DNA from: Leucoraja erinacea
Lineage: Eukaryota
Length of the DNA: 64,000 bases
Direction of reading: 5' to 3'
Assembly: GCF_028641065.1 (NCBI RefSeq)
Contig: NC_073388.1
Span: 56,668,001 to 56,732,000 of the forward strand
A program made the position numbers and the translations under genes. Positions 1-13,315 of this stretch are shown in pieces; position 1 is the first letter of the stretch, and each line of letters opens with the position of its first letter. The notes beneath the pieces are model-generated. The model worked only from the letters and a program-made list of their open reading frames with translations. It was not told where the DNA came from and made no database searches.

Positions 1-151
1 ACTTGCAGCAGCACAACAAAATATGTAAAATCCCGATTCTATAACATCTATCCATGTACTAGAGGTGCTGCCTGATCTGCTGGACTACTCCAGCACTTTG
101 TGTCCTTTTTTTTTAAGCCTGCATCTGCATTTCCTGGTTTAGACTCTGGAC

Positions 152-403
152 TTCAGAAATACAGCATGGAAACAGGTCCTTCAGCCCACCAAGTTCGCAC
201 TGACCAGCGATCACCCTGTACACTAGGGACAATTTATAAATGTTACCAAAGCCAATTAACCTACAAATTGGGAGGAGTGTATGAGAGGAAACCGGAGCAC
301 CCGCAGGAAACTCATGAAGTCATAGGGAGAACATACAAACTGTACAGACAGCATCTGGTCTCGATCGCTGTAGGTAGCAACTCTACTGCTGTGCCATCAT
401 GCC
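152..403 (-). mobile_element. HE1-type V-SINE (degenerate)
   Basis: Matches the other V-SINE copies (aagccaattaacctacaaa...ggaaaccggagcacccg...gagaacatacaaact). Confidence 0.8.
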
Positions 404-869
404 ACACCATAAGTGTGTTTAATCACTTTTGTGCTGGATCTTAATCCAAGACAAAAATGTCTATAAGATTTTTTTGTCCTTGAGACCCTTGAAAGGCGCC
501 CATAAATAAATTTATTATAAGATAAAAGAATTGTGGATAGAAGAAGAAAATAAGTTGTGGCTATGACTGTCAGGGAAGGAATGGAATGAGGAGAGTGTGG
601 TCCTACCAAAGTGGACAACAGGAGAGACATTGAAGGGAATCTCATTTCAGTAGCTGTAGGCAGCCTTTGAACACAGAAAGTCGAGCTGGAGCCAGCGTCA
701 TCCCCATGCGCTGGCTTCAAGCCTGGGCCGACACCTCCTGCTGCCCCTGGATAGGGACGGGGCACCTGGGAGGGGACGTGGACGGCCCAGCAGCAACTCA
801 ACAGCGTCTGCAGCGCGGAGACCCAGGGCCTGACCCCATGCAGCAGCACGATCTCGCTCACTCACCGGA

Positions 870-1475
870 TGAAACAGTAGACAATAGGTGCAGGAGTAGG
901 CCAATTGGCCCTTCGAGCCAGCACCGCCATTCAATGTGATCATGGCTGATCATCCCCAATCAGTACCCCGTTCCTGCCTTCTCCCCATATCCCCTGACTT
1001 CGCTATTTTTAAGAGCCCTATCTAGCTCTCTCTTGAAAGCATCCAGAGAACCTGCCTCCACCGCCCTATGAGGCAGAGAATTCCACAGACTCACCACTCT
1101 CTGTGAGAAAAAGTGTTTCCTCGTCTCCGTTCTAAATAGCTTACTCCTTATTCTTAAACTGTGGCCCCTGGTTCTGGACTCCCCAACATCGGGAACATGT
1201 TTCCTGCCTCTAGCCCTTAACAATGTTATATGTTTCAATGAGATCCCCTCTCATTCTTCCAAACTCCAGAGTTTACAAGCCCGGCTGCTCCATTCTCTCA
1301 GCATATGACAGTCCCGCCATCCTTGTAAACCTATGCTGCACTCCCTCAATAGCAAGAATGTCCTTCCTCAAATTAGGGAACCAAAACTGCACACTATACT
1401 CCAGGTATGGTCTCACTAGGGCTCTGTACAACTACAGAAGGACCTCTTTGCTCCTATATTCGATTCCTCTTGTTA
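870..1475 (-). mobile_element. CR1 LINE 3' fragment
   Basis: Minus ORF 960-1238 (TRGHSLRI...FFSQRVVSLWNSLP) is the CR1 ORF2 C-terminus, followed by the CR1 3' UTR. Confidence 0.9.
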
Positions 1476-1599
1476 GAAACGAAGGTCTGATAACAGCAGA
1501 TCCGCTCCTGCAATGTTTATGGTGAGTGCCCGATGACCTGGGCATGCGCAGTTGGAATACTGAACTCGCTTACAGCCCGCCGCACGGAACGTGTTAAGA

Positions 1600-1670
1600 G
1601 ATTGCTGCGGGCCAGATAAAACTGCGTAGCGGGTCGGATGTGGCCTGCGGGCATAGTTTGGAGACCCATG
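1600..1670. mobile_element. One terminus of a hAT/Charlie-like DNA transposon
   Basis: cggatgtggcctgcgggcatagtttggagacccatg resembles a hAT end (reverse complement of CAGGGGTCTCCAAACT). Partner end not found. Confidence 0.55.
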
Positions 1671-2550
1671 GACTAAACTATAGTCCCCGCACAACTTCTG
1701 CCAGGGTCTTCTCTATTTTACTGGTCCTTAACTATTATTTATGTTATTTCTATTTCTTGATCCTCTTCACTGAAGTTCCTTTTTTACTGTGGAAATTACA
1801 GCCGCTACCAGTAGTGCTACTACTCCTTCCCATTTTCTCAATTATTTCTAAAGGTTTTAATAGTCTGTAAGATTTAGTCCGCTATCACGTTAGGTTTGTA
1901 ACCAGGTTTTGTTAATGACTACAAAATGCAATCTTTGAGGCTGATTTTGTGGTTCTAACACGTTTTATTGCTTGATTAGGATTATTCCAACAAATAGCTT
2001 GCCTACACAGTGGGTAGTTTGATTCCTTCTCTGCTGGAGATTTCACCGTTTCATTGGATTCTATAATGATATTTGACAAATTCTCTATAGGATGTAAACC
2101 TGAAAGTAACTGTTTGTTCTGCACTGTAATTAATTGTTTTGTACGCTTCTACAGGACAACCCTGGGCTCTGAGCACACGACTTATGGACACTCCTACATC
2201 TGAGCGACCTCCCACAATACTAAATGCAAAAGTCTGATGTACATACATACATTCATTCCTATAAGCAACAGAATTAGTTTCCCTCTCTCTCCACTGTTAG
2301 TAATTTTCTTACCAGACTTATGTGCTTCTGACACGATTCATTATAACACAGATCGTGTCCAACATATGAACACGATTGACTTACAGAGGTCTGTAAAATT
2401 GGAACATATTCAAATGTACAGACCTCTGCATGAATGGGGTAGAATATCAAAGTATTACTTGTTTACAGGACAAGTCTGTACCAATCATGATGCCAGACTA
2501 AACTAATCTCATCTGCCTGAACATGGTCCATATCCCTCTATTCCCTGCCA

Positions 2551-2853
2551 GTTTAGTTTAGACATACAGCGCGGAAACAGGCCCTTCGGCCCACCGAGTC
2601 CACACCAACCCGCAATCACCGCATAGTAACACTACACCACACACACTAGGGGCAAGTACATTTATACCAAGCCAATTAACCTACAAACCTGTACGTCTTT
2701 GGAGTGTGGAAGGAAACCGAAAATCTCAGAGAAAATCCACGCAGGTCACGGGGAGAACATACAAACACCATACAGACAGCACGCGTAGTCAGGATCGTTC
2801 TCGGGTCTCTGGCGCTGTTATGCAGTAGCTCTACCATAATGGCACCGTGTCGC
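2551..2853 (-). mobile_element. HE1-type V-SINE, near full length
   Basis: tRNA-like head, V domain (GTTCTCCCCGTGACCTGCGTGG...CCACACTCCAAAGAC on -), CR1-like tail and (TAAAC)n end. Confidence 0.88.
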
Positions 2854-4219
2854 CACTTTGACAATGGAGTAACCAAAAGAGACAGTATAGAGAATGCTGT
2901 ATAAGCAAATGCTCGCCTCTAATTCACAGCCAATTGTTTATTTTCTTAATTCTTAAATGGTGCTATCATATCTGAAATTGCCATCCCCCCCTGGCAGTGC
3001 ATTTCACGCACCTACCACTCCTCCCCATTGAGAGATGAAACAATGCAATATTGGATAAGTGAGTGAAGTACTAATTTAGAAGTCTGGATTAACAATACAA
3101 AGAATTGGATTTTGATTCCACCAGAACAGATGGTCTTCAGTTAATCAAAAATCTGGAATTTTTAAGGAAAACATTTCTTATCTCAGCATAAATCATCACA
3201 GTCTAAGGAGATTGCGCAGGCTTTGGCATAGGCACAGAAGAGCTTTCCTGGAATGGTGTGGGGATGAAGAATTAGGAGATCCTGTTGCACGGATAAGTTT
3301 GAGATGCCATGCTTGTTCATCATGCAGAAATGAAATGATTCAATCCAATGAGAGAAGGCTAACTGGTGTTTTGGTTTGAAATGTTTAAACCATGAATTGG
3401 TTAGGCAGAAACTGAGATTCCAAGAGAGCACAGATTTAAAGTGATTGGCAGAAGAAACGGGTGAAATATCGAATATATATTTTTAATACAATGCGTGCTT
3501 AGGCTTTAGAATGCACAACCTGATAAAGTAGATGAAAATTCAGTTGTTACTCAAAAGACACTTAGAATAAATACTTTGGAGGGAATGGCAATAAAGTATG
3601 GGGGGTAGGAAGAGCAGCCAGTTAAGACTATGGGTCAGATAGCTGCCTCAAGTGCTGTACAGTTGTAGAATTCAATTTACTTATTTAAAAGGAAGAAAAC
3701 ATTTAGGAAATGTTACAAATAGGACAACAAATTCATCAGTGTTTGCAAGGAGAGAATATTAATAAATTGTTCATGGCCCATCTTGCACTAAATTAATGGA
3801 CATAGTATTTTACAAGGACTGTATTACACCATGAAATGCCCTGCTAAAATGTAATTTTGTATAATTTGTCTGCCACTTAGAGAATGCAGGCACTTAGTCC
3901 GATCCTGAGCGACCAACTTTCTATTTTGCTTTGCAGACCGCCAGACAAGAACACTAGAAAATATGTGCTTAAAGTGTGATGAACAGATTTGATAATTTAT
4001 CTGTTTAAAAAATTGTACAACAAAACGTGCACTATGACATAGTTCTTAAAGATTTAAGGCACGTTCCTTTTGAAGAATTCATGTGGACAGGGATCTTGAG
4101 ACTTGGGCAATTGAGGAAAATGTGGAATATGAATTCTTGCTTTACCACTTGTCAGCATGAGTGTCAAAGTTTTATATTAGGAATTACACGTATACCAATC
4201 TCTACAGCCCACCTATTGA

Positions 4220-4720
4220 AAGGATTCTGTCAAGATGCATCTCAGCTTGGTGTGGCAACCAATCTGCTCAAGAAATTGTACAGTTGTGGACACAGCCAAG
4301 TCCATCACACAAACCAGCCTGCCCTCAACCTCCCCATTGACTTCATCTGCACCACGTTGCATCAGGAAGACAGCCAATGTAATCAAGGACCACTCACACC
4401 TCAGTCATTTTCTCTTCTCCCCTCTAATGTCAGGAGAAAATTCAAAAGCTTGTAAGCACGTACCACCCATTCAAGAACAGTTTCTTCCCTGCTTGTATGC
4501 TAAGGAAGTATTCTGTTCTTTATCAGTGCAGTCCTTGCGCCTTTTTCCTGCACTTCCTCTGTAGCTGTAACACTATAGTCTGCACTCTGTTTCCCTTCTC
4601 ATTTTGCACTACCTGTTATACTCCTGTATGGTATGATTGCATTCATGTATGATATGGTCTGCTGAATAACATATAAAACAAAGTTTTACACTCTATCTCA
4701 GCCATTTGTAATTAACAGCA
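4220..4720 (+). mobile_element. Decayed Rex1/Babar-like LINE 3' part
   Basis: SITQTSLPS...RKTANVIKDHSHLSHFLFSPLMSG resembles the Rex1/Babar ORF C-terminus. Confidence 0.6.
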
Positions 4721-4726
4721 TTTCTT

Positions 4727-5180
4727 ATGTGCCTGGGTTTCAACAACTAAGTTACAGAGAAAGGTTGAATAAGTTAGGTCTTTATTCTCTGGAGCGGAGT
4801 AGGTTAATGGGGGACTTGATAGAGGTCTTTAAAATGATGAGAGGGATAGACAGAGTTAATGTGGATCACCATTTCCCTTTGAGAATAGGGAAGATTGAAA
4901 CAAGAGAACATGACTTCAGAATTAAGGGACAGATGTTTAGGGGTAACATGAGGGGGAACTTCTTTACTCAGGTAGCGGTGTGGACTGAGCTTCCAGTGGA
5001 AGTGGTGGAGGCAGGTTCGTTGGTATCATTGAAAAATAAATTGGATAGGCAAATGGATGAGAAGGGAATGGAGGGTTATGGTATGAGTGCAGGCAGGTGG
5101 GACTAAGGGAAAAAAGTTGATCGGCACGGACTTGTAGGGCCGAGATGGCCTATTTCCGTGCTGTGATTGTTATATGGTTA
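4727..5180 (+). mobile_element. CR1/HER1-type LINE 3' fragment
   Basis: ORF 4729-5106 (PGFQQLSYRERLNKLGLYSLE...GRWD*), then the tail ttgttatatggttat. Confidence 0.92.
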
Positions 5181-5309
5181 TATGAATGAAAAGCTGTCAT
5201 CTATAATCATCTACGAAACGTTACACTTACTGATGGGAGATATTACGAGTCCAACAGAAAGCAAGAACTTATTTCCCCTCTTTTCCAATTGGCAAAGTTG
5301 CAGAATCCC

Positions 5310-5545
5310 TATAATAATAATAATAATAAACTTTATTACGGACTCAAGGTCCAGACAAGGGGCAACATTACATTAAAAATGCATTGTATATCAAATATCA
5401 TAAATATATATAAAATCATGGTATATCACATAAAAACATCATATTTTATATTTAACAAAAACCCACAATACTTAAGTAAAAAATCCAGATTAAAAGATGA
5501 TCAATGTCTTACAACGAGACAACGATACCAGTGTCTCCACAACTG
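5310..5545 (-). mobile_element. Unclassified non-LTR retroelement 3' end with (ATT)n tail
   Basis: On -: ...TRYESQLWRHWYRCLVVRH*, AT-rich UTR, AATAAA, then (TTA)n. Confidence 0.5.
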
Positions 5546-6085
5546 GGATTCGTAGCGTGTAGTGCTAACCCTTATGTTTGTCAAGGCCACAATAAGCATT
5601 TCCTCGGAACCCACTTCATCTTTCCAATTGAGAGCTGTAAGAGTACAGAAGAGCATATAGAACAAGGATGGGGAGCTAGGTTTGCAGGAGGAAAAAGCAA
5701 GATAAAAAATTTGATGTTATTAATATTTCCAAGAAGTGCATATAATGCCCAAGATTTTAATACTATATTAAAGGATGTCTGATTTCCTTTCCTGTAGGGT
5801 GATTAAAGATGTGCTGATTATAAACTTAATCGGTGTACATCATATGTTGAAATTAAAACAAAAAAAAATCTTGCACTCTAAACTGGGGATCACATCTGCA
5901 GTGGTTCCATCTTAAATGATCAGTTTGTAGTGGCTGGGTAATCGACAAGAAGCCCGTGATTTCCTCTTATGTTCTTTCATGCATGTCCCTTTCTGCAGGA
6001 GTTCAAAAACTTTTAAGTTAGATAGAGTAAAATTGTGGAATACAGAAAAGCTTTTGGTAATTGAATTTCCATATCAGAAGTCATT

Positions 6086-6388
6086 AGGGCGGCACAGTGA
6101 TGAAGCGATAGACTTGTTGCCTTACAGCACCAGAGACCTTGGTTCGATCCTGACTACAATTTCTATGTGCACAGAGTTTACACGTTCTCCCTATGACCAC
6201 GTGGGTTTTCTCTGAGTGCTCCGGTTTCCTCCCATTTTTCAAAGGCATGCTGGTTTTTACTTTAATTGGCCTCTTTAAATTGCCCCTAGTGTATAGGGTA
6301 GAACTAAATTACGAGTGATTGCTGGTCGGCGCGGACTTGGGTGGGCCAAAGGGCCTATTTCTACGCTGTATCTCTAAACTAAACTAAA
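6086..6388 (+). mobile_element. HE1-type V-SINE, full length
   Basis: gggcggcacagtg head, B-box-like ggttcgatcc, V domain, tail ctctaaactaaactaaa. Confidence 0.9.
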
Positions 6389-6689
6389 AGTCCAGTAGTT
6401 AATATAATGTTAACTTCTGGACTCAAAGAATCAGGCTGAAATCAAATTATTTACCTGTGAAAGAAACAGGTTCACAAAATAGGTACATTTAAAGTCCAAT
6501 TTTAGAATGCACAAACCCCACTCAGTCTGGAGTGCTAAGGCTTGAACTGACTCAGGTAAAAGGAACACAGGATGGGTGATCGAAAATGTAGTATGAGAAT
6601 CAATTACAATATCTGGTGGCATTTATTATACAAATACCATATTGAGCATTACAGTTTCTAGCATGACAACTAAAAATAAATTGCTGTGT

Positions 6690-7257
6690 GGTTATAACAA
6701 AAATAGGTGCGACAGTAAAATGTCAATTTCCCCTCTCATCCACTTTCTACCTTCCACAGGGACCACTCTCTTTGTGCCTCCCTGGTCCATGCAGCCCTTC
6801 CAGTCCACTCCTGACAACCCCCTGGCACTTTTCCCAGCAAAAGTAGGTGTAACATCTGTTCCTTCTCCTCCCTCACCATCATACAAGGAGCTAAACACTC
6901 TTTCCGGGTGAGGAACAGGTACACCTGCAATGTGGTCTCCTGTACATTAATGAAATCAAGTGTAGACTATACAGCACCTGCACTCTTGACACCTCAACCA
7001 TCTTGAGCTTCCAGTTGCACGTCATTTTAACCCTCTTTCCCACTCCCACGTCAATTTGTTTATCCTCAGTCTTCTCCATTGCCATAGTGAAACCAAATAC
7101 AAACTGGAAGAATGGCATATTTTATTCTGCTTGGGTAATTTACAACCCCATGGTATGAACATTGATTTTACTAGGTTGTTAACCCACACCTCTTTTCGTA
7201 CACACACTCACCCATCCTCTTGATTTTCTTCTATGTTTGCTCATCTCCCCCCCCCCC

Positions 7258-7288
<31 letters not shown>

Positions 7289-7380
7289 ACACACAAAATC
7301 CTGGTTCTAACAGGGCATCATCTCCACTCCATTGGATTCCATCTATCACCTACCAGCCACTGTCCTACCCTCCTTGTACT
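6690..7380 (+). mobile_element. Decayed Penelope-like element 3' part with poly-C/(CA)n tract
   Basis: Similar to the 41262 copy (ttgggtaatttacaaccccatggtatgaacattga). C-run plus (CA)n at ~7247-7294. Confidence 0.6.
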
Positions 7381-8003
7381 ATGTACTTAAAATATTTCCA
7401 TGTATTATTGCCATTTTTCAATTTAATTGACTTTCGCTGAATGTATGTGTTTAATTTTACCTAATTGATATGCCTAGTCCATGTACCACTATTAATTCTA
7501 ACAGTAGTTTACTTATAGAGCCTTTACAAGTTCTTAAATTGAAACATTTTCTACAAGGTTCAAATTATTATATTTCATCTTTGTGCACTGTCATTTTTTT
7601 ATTTTCCTGGAAAGATCAGATGATGTCAAAACAAGCGAGTTTCAACATTAACATTCGAAAGGGGGTGTATTAATATACCTGACTGTCTAAAGTGACTGAA
7701 CCATTTTGTGTTTTTGGTAAAAGTTTTATTACAAAACTGTTAAGTTTGTAACCCAAACTTTGTTTCAGATTGAAATATGATTTTAGAAAAAAGTTACAGG
7801 CCATTTTCCATTTTATTGATAGTTACCAGAGGATATTTACACACATTCTATAGTGATTTGATGAAATAACCTTGAAGCTGATTATTTCAAATAGCAAAAA
7901 AGTATTTGGGATTATAACAAACAACAGAAGAATGGAAGTTAGATAACCATATACTGTTGATTTTGTTACTTGCCACTGCTCACATATTATCATGCATTTA
8001 CAG

Positions 8004-8134
8004 GCAACGGATGCAAAAGTCAACTATGTATAATCTTTGTATGGAAATGCAGCATCTATCCCAGGAGTTTCAGTGGCTGCAACTCTCACAGGATGAGTTC
8101 CTTTGCATGAAAGTGTTGCTACTGTTTAGCATCA
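8004..8134 (+). CDS. ar: Androgen receptor exon 6 (LBD)
   Basis: Flanks tttacag|G...ATCA|gtaagt, 131 bp (as I recall, the size of human AR exon 6). Translates (E)[43 protein letters not shown] vs human [43 protein letters not shown]. Confidence 0.96.
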
Positions 8135-8451
8135 GTAAGTATGGACAGTTTTATTTGAGATGCCAGAAAAATTGATGTATCTTAATTGTAATTTTTGGGA
8201 GGCTTAAAGATACCAAATTACCACCCAATATTAGCTCAATCTAGTTTCTAACTATGAGGGTTATGTTCATACCATTACTCTATTTTTCTTCCATTTTTCA
8301 ATGTGAAAATAGAGTAGGTTAAAGCAGAAGCAAAATACTGATCTATTAAGCAGGTACGCAGCATACTTGAAGGGAGAAACCAAGTTATTTTTCAGATCAG
8401 TGCCCCTTCAGCACTACTTGGAAAAGAGAAAGGTAAACAAAATTGTTTTTA

Positions 8452-9060
8452 GGAATAGGAACACTTCATTGTCACATGTGACCAGGCACGGCGAGGTTCT
8501 TTGCTTGCATAAACAATGTATACAAATAGCAGCCACCTACGACACTGACAAAGTTACAAAGCAAGCTGGCTTCCCCTTTTGTCCCCACCCCCACCAACAG
8601 TTCCCCCACGCCGGGTCCCCATTGTCCATTCCCCCCTCCCCCCTCATGACCGTCCCCCCACGCCAGGTCCTCCATTGTTCTTCCCCTCCCCCCTCACGGT
8701 GATCCTCCACGCTCTCATCGAACGTCGACCATGGGTCGACCCGCGAGGCATCGCCGCCGCCATGAGGCTTCATCACTTCCGAGGCCCCATTGTCGTGAGG
8801 CTTCAATGCTGCCGCTGTCGACGCCCCACTTCACCTCTCCGTGATGTCGACCCGGGCCCCAGCCGCGAGCTCCGTCAGCCACTTCGCCCGACCCGGCTTC
8901 ATCCCGGCCGGGCCCCGACCCGGACTTCTATGCAGCGATCTGGGAGGCATCGGGACCACGGCGCCTCGATAAAGGCCTCTGGTTGCGTTCCCAGTCCACA
9001 GCCGCGTGGGCTGTCGGGAAGCCTTAGGAGAAGAGAAAGTAGATAGAAGAGAACAAAAAG
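8452..9060 (-). mobile_element. GC-rich non-autonomous retroposon-like element
   Basis: On -: CpG-rich body ending gtcacatgtgacaatgaagtgttcctattcct, a Rex1/Babar-like tail. No credible ORF. Confidence 0.5.
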
Positions 9061-9066
9061 AATGTA

Positions 9067-12000
9067 CCGTATTTCCCGGCAATGAAGACGCACCTGCGTC
9101 AAAGACGCACCGCCATTTTGAGTTGCTAAATTTTGAAATAAGGCTGGTAGGACATTGAATTTCTCACGCTCAAAAAAATAAAAAAATAAAATAAAGAAAG
9201 TAAGTATTCAATTTGCCCAAGGCTTCCAGATCTCCTCCATTCTGAATGGGTGGAAGGTGACGGCAGGTGGAGAGATGGTGAGGAAAACAGGAGCACACCG
9301 GGATAAGTTGAATCAGTTGTGATCTTATTGAATGACAATACTAGTTCAAGGGGCCAATTGGGGGAAGAGTTCCTTTCACAGCGTATGGGGAGTCTGGCCC
9401 GGGTCAGCATGGGCAGCAGCGTTGAGAATGAGGGGTCGGGTATCATGCCAGCACTCACTCACTCTCCGCTGCCGCGGCCCTCCTGGTGAGGTCCCACCCC
9501 ATTTTGGCTGGGGGGGGGGGGGGGGGGGGGGGGGGGGGAGTAACTCGGGTGGCTGCGAGCGGACAGCGGAACCGGCCACCACCTCTGCGCCTTCTGCCGG
9601 CCCGCTCATCTCTGGCAGTGCTCTCCGTCTGAACACCTCTCTCCTGCCGCTCGCCGGCCTATCTCATGTCAGCTAATTCCCGCAAATCCTTAAATTCCGA
9701 CTGCCGCCGGGAGCAGGACATGGCCATACTTGCTGCGCTGGGTGACACTGCATGGTATTCACTGCCCGGTCCCGTGTCTTTCAAGATAAAAGATCATAGA
9801 GCGGAGTGGGCGGTGGAGCAATTGGTCCCTTGATCGCACTGACATAGGAGTAAGCTCCACCGCCCGCTGTCCTGTTATCCTTTACCCGCTGACCCGCTCC
9901 ACTCTATGAACTTTGGTCTTGAGCTGGTCCCCTCACTGTCCGATCCTGACGGCCGCTCGCAGCCACCCTAGTTATTTCTCTCCCTGGCCACAATGCGGTG
10001 GCTCTACGCCTGGAGCGCCGCGGCAGCAGTGAGTGAGCGAGTGAGTGAGTTGCTGGCATGATCCCCCGACCCCCTCGTTCTCAACTCTCCTGCCAGTGCT
10101 GACCCGGGCCAGACTTCCCACATGCTGTGAAATGAACACTCCTCCCCAGCCTTTTACACCCGCTTCCAACTTTACAGCCACATCCCATTGGCTACCAGCA
10201 ATGAGGGATAGGCTTGGCTATCATAGAAACTTAGAAAATCGGTGCAGGAGTAGGCCATTCGGCTCTTCGAGCCTGCACCGCCATTCAATATGATCATGGC
10301 TGATCATCCAACTCAGTATCCTGTACCTGCCTTCTCTCCATACCCCCTGATCCCTTTAGTCACAAGGGCCACATCTAACTCCCTCTTAAATATAGCCAAT
10401 GAACTGGCCTCAACCACCTTCTGTGGCAGAGAATTCCACAGATTCACCACTGTGAACGAGATGAGAAAAATGTTTTTCTCATCTCGGTTCTAAAATAATT
10501 CCCCCTTATCCTTAAACTGTGACCCCTTGTTCTGGACTTCCCCAACATCGGGAACAATCTTCCTGTATCTAGCCTGTCCAACTCCTTAAGAATTTAGTAA
10601 GTTTCTATAAAATCCCCCCTCAATCTTATAAATTCTAGCGAGTACCAGCCGAGTCTATCCAGTCTTTCTTCAGATGAAAGTCCTGCCATCCCAGGAATCA
10701 GTCTGGTAAACCTTCTCTGTACTCCCTCTATGGTAAGAATGTCTTTCCTCAGATTAGGAGACCAAAACTGTACACATTACTCCAGGTGTGGTCTCACCAA
10801 GGCCCTGTACAACTGCAGTAGAACCTCCCTGCTCCTATACTCAAATCCTTTTGCTATGAATGCTAACATACCATTCGCTTTCTTCACTGCCTGCTGCACC
10901 TGCATGCCTACTTTCAATGACTGGTGTACCATGACACCCAGGTCTCGTTGCATCTTCCCTTTTCCTAATCGGCCACCATTCAGATAATAGTCTACTTTCC
11001 TGTTCTTGCCACCAAAGTGGATAGCCTCACATTTATCCATATTATACTGCATCTGCCATGCATTGCCTACTCACCCAACATATCCAAGTCACCTTGCAGC
11101 CTCCTAGCATCTTCCTCACAGCTAACATTGCCCCCCAGCTTCGTGTCATCCGCAAACTTGGAGATGTTGCATTCAATTCCCTTGTCCAAATCATTAATAC
11201 ATATTGTAAATAGCTGGGGTCCCAGCACTGAGCCTTGCGGTACCCCACTGCTCTTTGCTTTTTGTCTGCCAGCCAGTTCTCTATCCACATCATTATTGAA
11301 CCCCCAATACCGTGTGCTTTACGTTTGCATACTAATCTCTTATGTGGGACCTTGTCGAAAGCCTTCTGAAAGTCCAGATATAACACATCCACTGGTTGTC
11401 CCTCATCCACTCTACTAGTTACATCCTCGAAAAATTCTATAAGATTCGTCAGACATGATTTACCTTTCATAAATCCATGCTTACCAATGATTTCAACACT
11501 TTCCAAATTTGCTGCTATCCCATCTTTAATAACTGACTAGCATTTTCCCCACTACCGATGTTAGGCTGATTGGTCTGCAATTCCCCGTTTTCTCTCTCCC
11601 TCCCTTTTTAAAAAGTGGGGTTTCATTAGCTACCTTCCAATCTTCAGGAACTACTCCAGAATCTAAAGAGTTTTGAAGAATTATCACTAATGCATCCACT
11701 ATTTCTGGGGCTACTTTCTTAAGGACTCTGGGATGCAGCCTATCTGGCCCTGGGGATTTATCGGCCTTTAATCCATTCAATTTACCTAACACCACTTCCC
11801 GACTAACCTGGATTTCACTCAGTTCCTCCATCGCATTTGACCCCCGGTCCCCTGCTATTTCCGGCAGATTATTTATGTCTTCCTTAGTGAAGACAGAACC
11901 AAAGTAGTTATTCAATTGGTCTGCCATGTCCTTGTTCCCCATGATCAATGCACCTGTTTGTGACTAAGGGACCTACATTTGTTTTAACTAATCGTTTTCT

Positions 12001-12586
12001 CTTCACATATCTATAAAATCTTTTGCGGTCAGTTTTTATGATCCCTGCCAGTTTTCTTTCATAATCTATTTTCCCTTTCCTAATTAAGCCCTTTGTCCTC
12101 CTCTGCTGGACTCTGAATTTCTCCCAGTCCTCTGGTAGGCTGCTTTTTCTGGCTAATTTGTATGCTTCATCTTTTGTTTTGATACTATCCCTGATTTCCC
12201 TTGTTATCCACGGATGCACTACCTTCCCTGATTTATTATTTTGCCAAACTTAGATGAACAATTGTTGTAGTTCATCCATGCAGTCTTTAAATGCCTTCCA
12301 TTGCATATCCACCGTCAACCCTTTAAGAATCAATTGCCAGTCTAACTTGGCCAATTCACGTCTCATACCCTCAAAGCTACCTTTCTTTAAGTTCAGAACC
12401 CTTGTTTCTGAATTAACTATGTCACTCTCCATCCTAATGAAGAACTCAACCATATTATGGTCACTCTTGCCCTGAGTGCTACTGAGGCTATCCCTCAGTA
12501 CAGCAACATCAAGAACCAAGACGCAGGTAAATTTTCGTGCCTTATTTTTGGGTAAAAGATTGCGTCTTCATTGCCGGGAAATACGG
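9067..12586. mobile_element. Non-autonomous Tc2/pogo-type (Kanga/MER104-like) DNA transposon with nested CR1
   Basis: Perfect 26 bp TIRs CCGTATTTCCCGGCAATGAAGACGCA (9067-9092 / 12561-12586), TA on both sides (9065-66, 12587-88), subterminal AAGACGCA repeats, no transposase. Confidence 0.9.
10221..12472 (-). mobile_element. CR1 LINE, 5'-truncated, nested in the Tc2-type element
   Basis: Minus ORF pieces: [49 protein letters not shown]. Disrupted by frameshifts and stops. Confidence 0.95.
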
Positions 12587-13315
12587 TAATTGACGAATTT
12601 GGAAATTGATCAAATGAGCGAAGATTAATAGAATAATTAGATAATAGAATAATCTGGTTAAGATTTTGAGTTATAAAATTCAATAAAATGTACCCCCCTC
12701 CCCCTTGGTAAGGATTACCCTTACATAAGATTCATAAAGGTATATTCATGTGTGAGGCTAGTAATATCTTCTCTAGTTACGCTGGGAGCACCATACATTC
12801 ACTACCAACATTTTATGTACTATTCACAACTACTATTTTAATACTTGTTCTCTATTGGTTGACTTTTTCATTAATTCAGGTACACATTTCTTGACAGTTT
12901 TCATCTAGAAAAGACAAGATTTTTATTTTTAATTAACAAAATTATTCTAGATTTGTACCACATTTTTGTATGTGTGTGAGATTTAACAACAAAGGGTTTC
13001 CCCTGGAAACCACTTTCTGCAATCTGGGATAAATGCGCACAGCAACCAAGGATGTTATTATTTGCACAACCATCCGAACATCAGCCATGCTGAGGTGAAT
13101 CATACCTGAAAGCACACAATTTAGATTTTTATTTTAATTGTCATTTTTTGATTGATTTTCATAATTTTAGCATTATAATTTATATTGTCTTTATGTTTTA
13201 TGTAAATGTTGTGTTTTACATGGCAGGCATTTGAAATAGGACATTTTCAATTTGCATTACAATAATGTCAAGCTTGTAAACGTTTGTAAAACAAGTTTCC
13301 CTCTTCGTTTGTATT

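Noticed and set aside
6086-6160. tRNA genes
   Set aside because: These are tRNA-derived SINE heads continuing into V domains, with no full cloverleaf.
8537-9676. GC-rich ORFs and a CpG-island-like region as a gene or promoter
   Set aside because: They lie inside repeat-like elements, are Pro/Arg/Gly-rich and show no recognisable domain. The same applies to the ORFs at 22849-23633 and 27832-28348.
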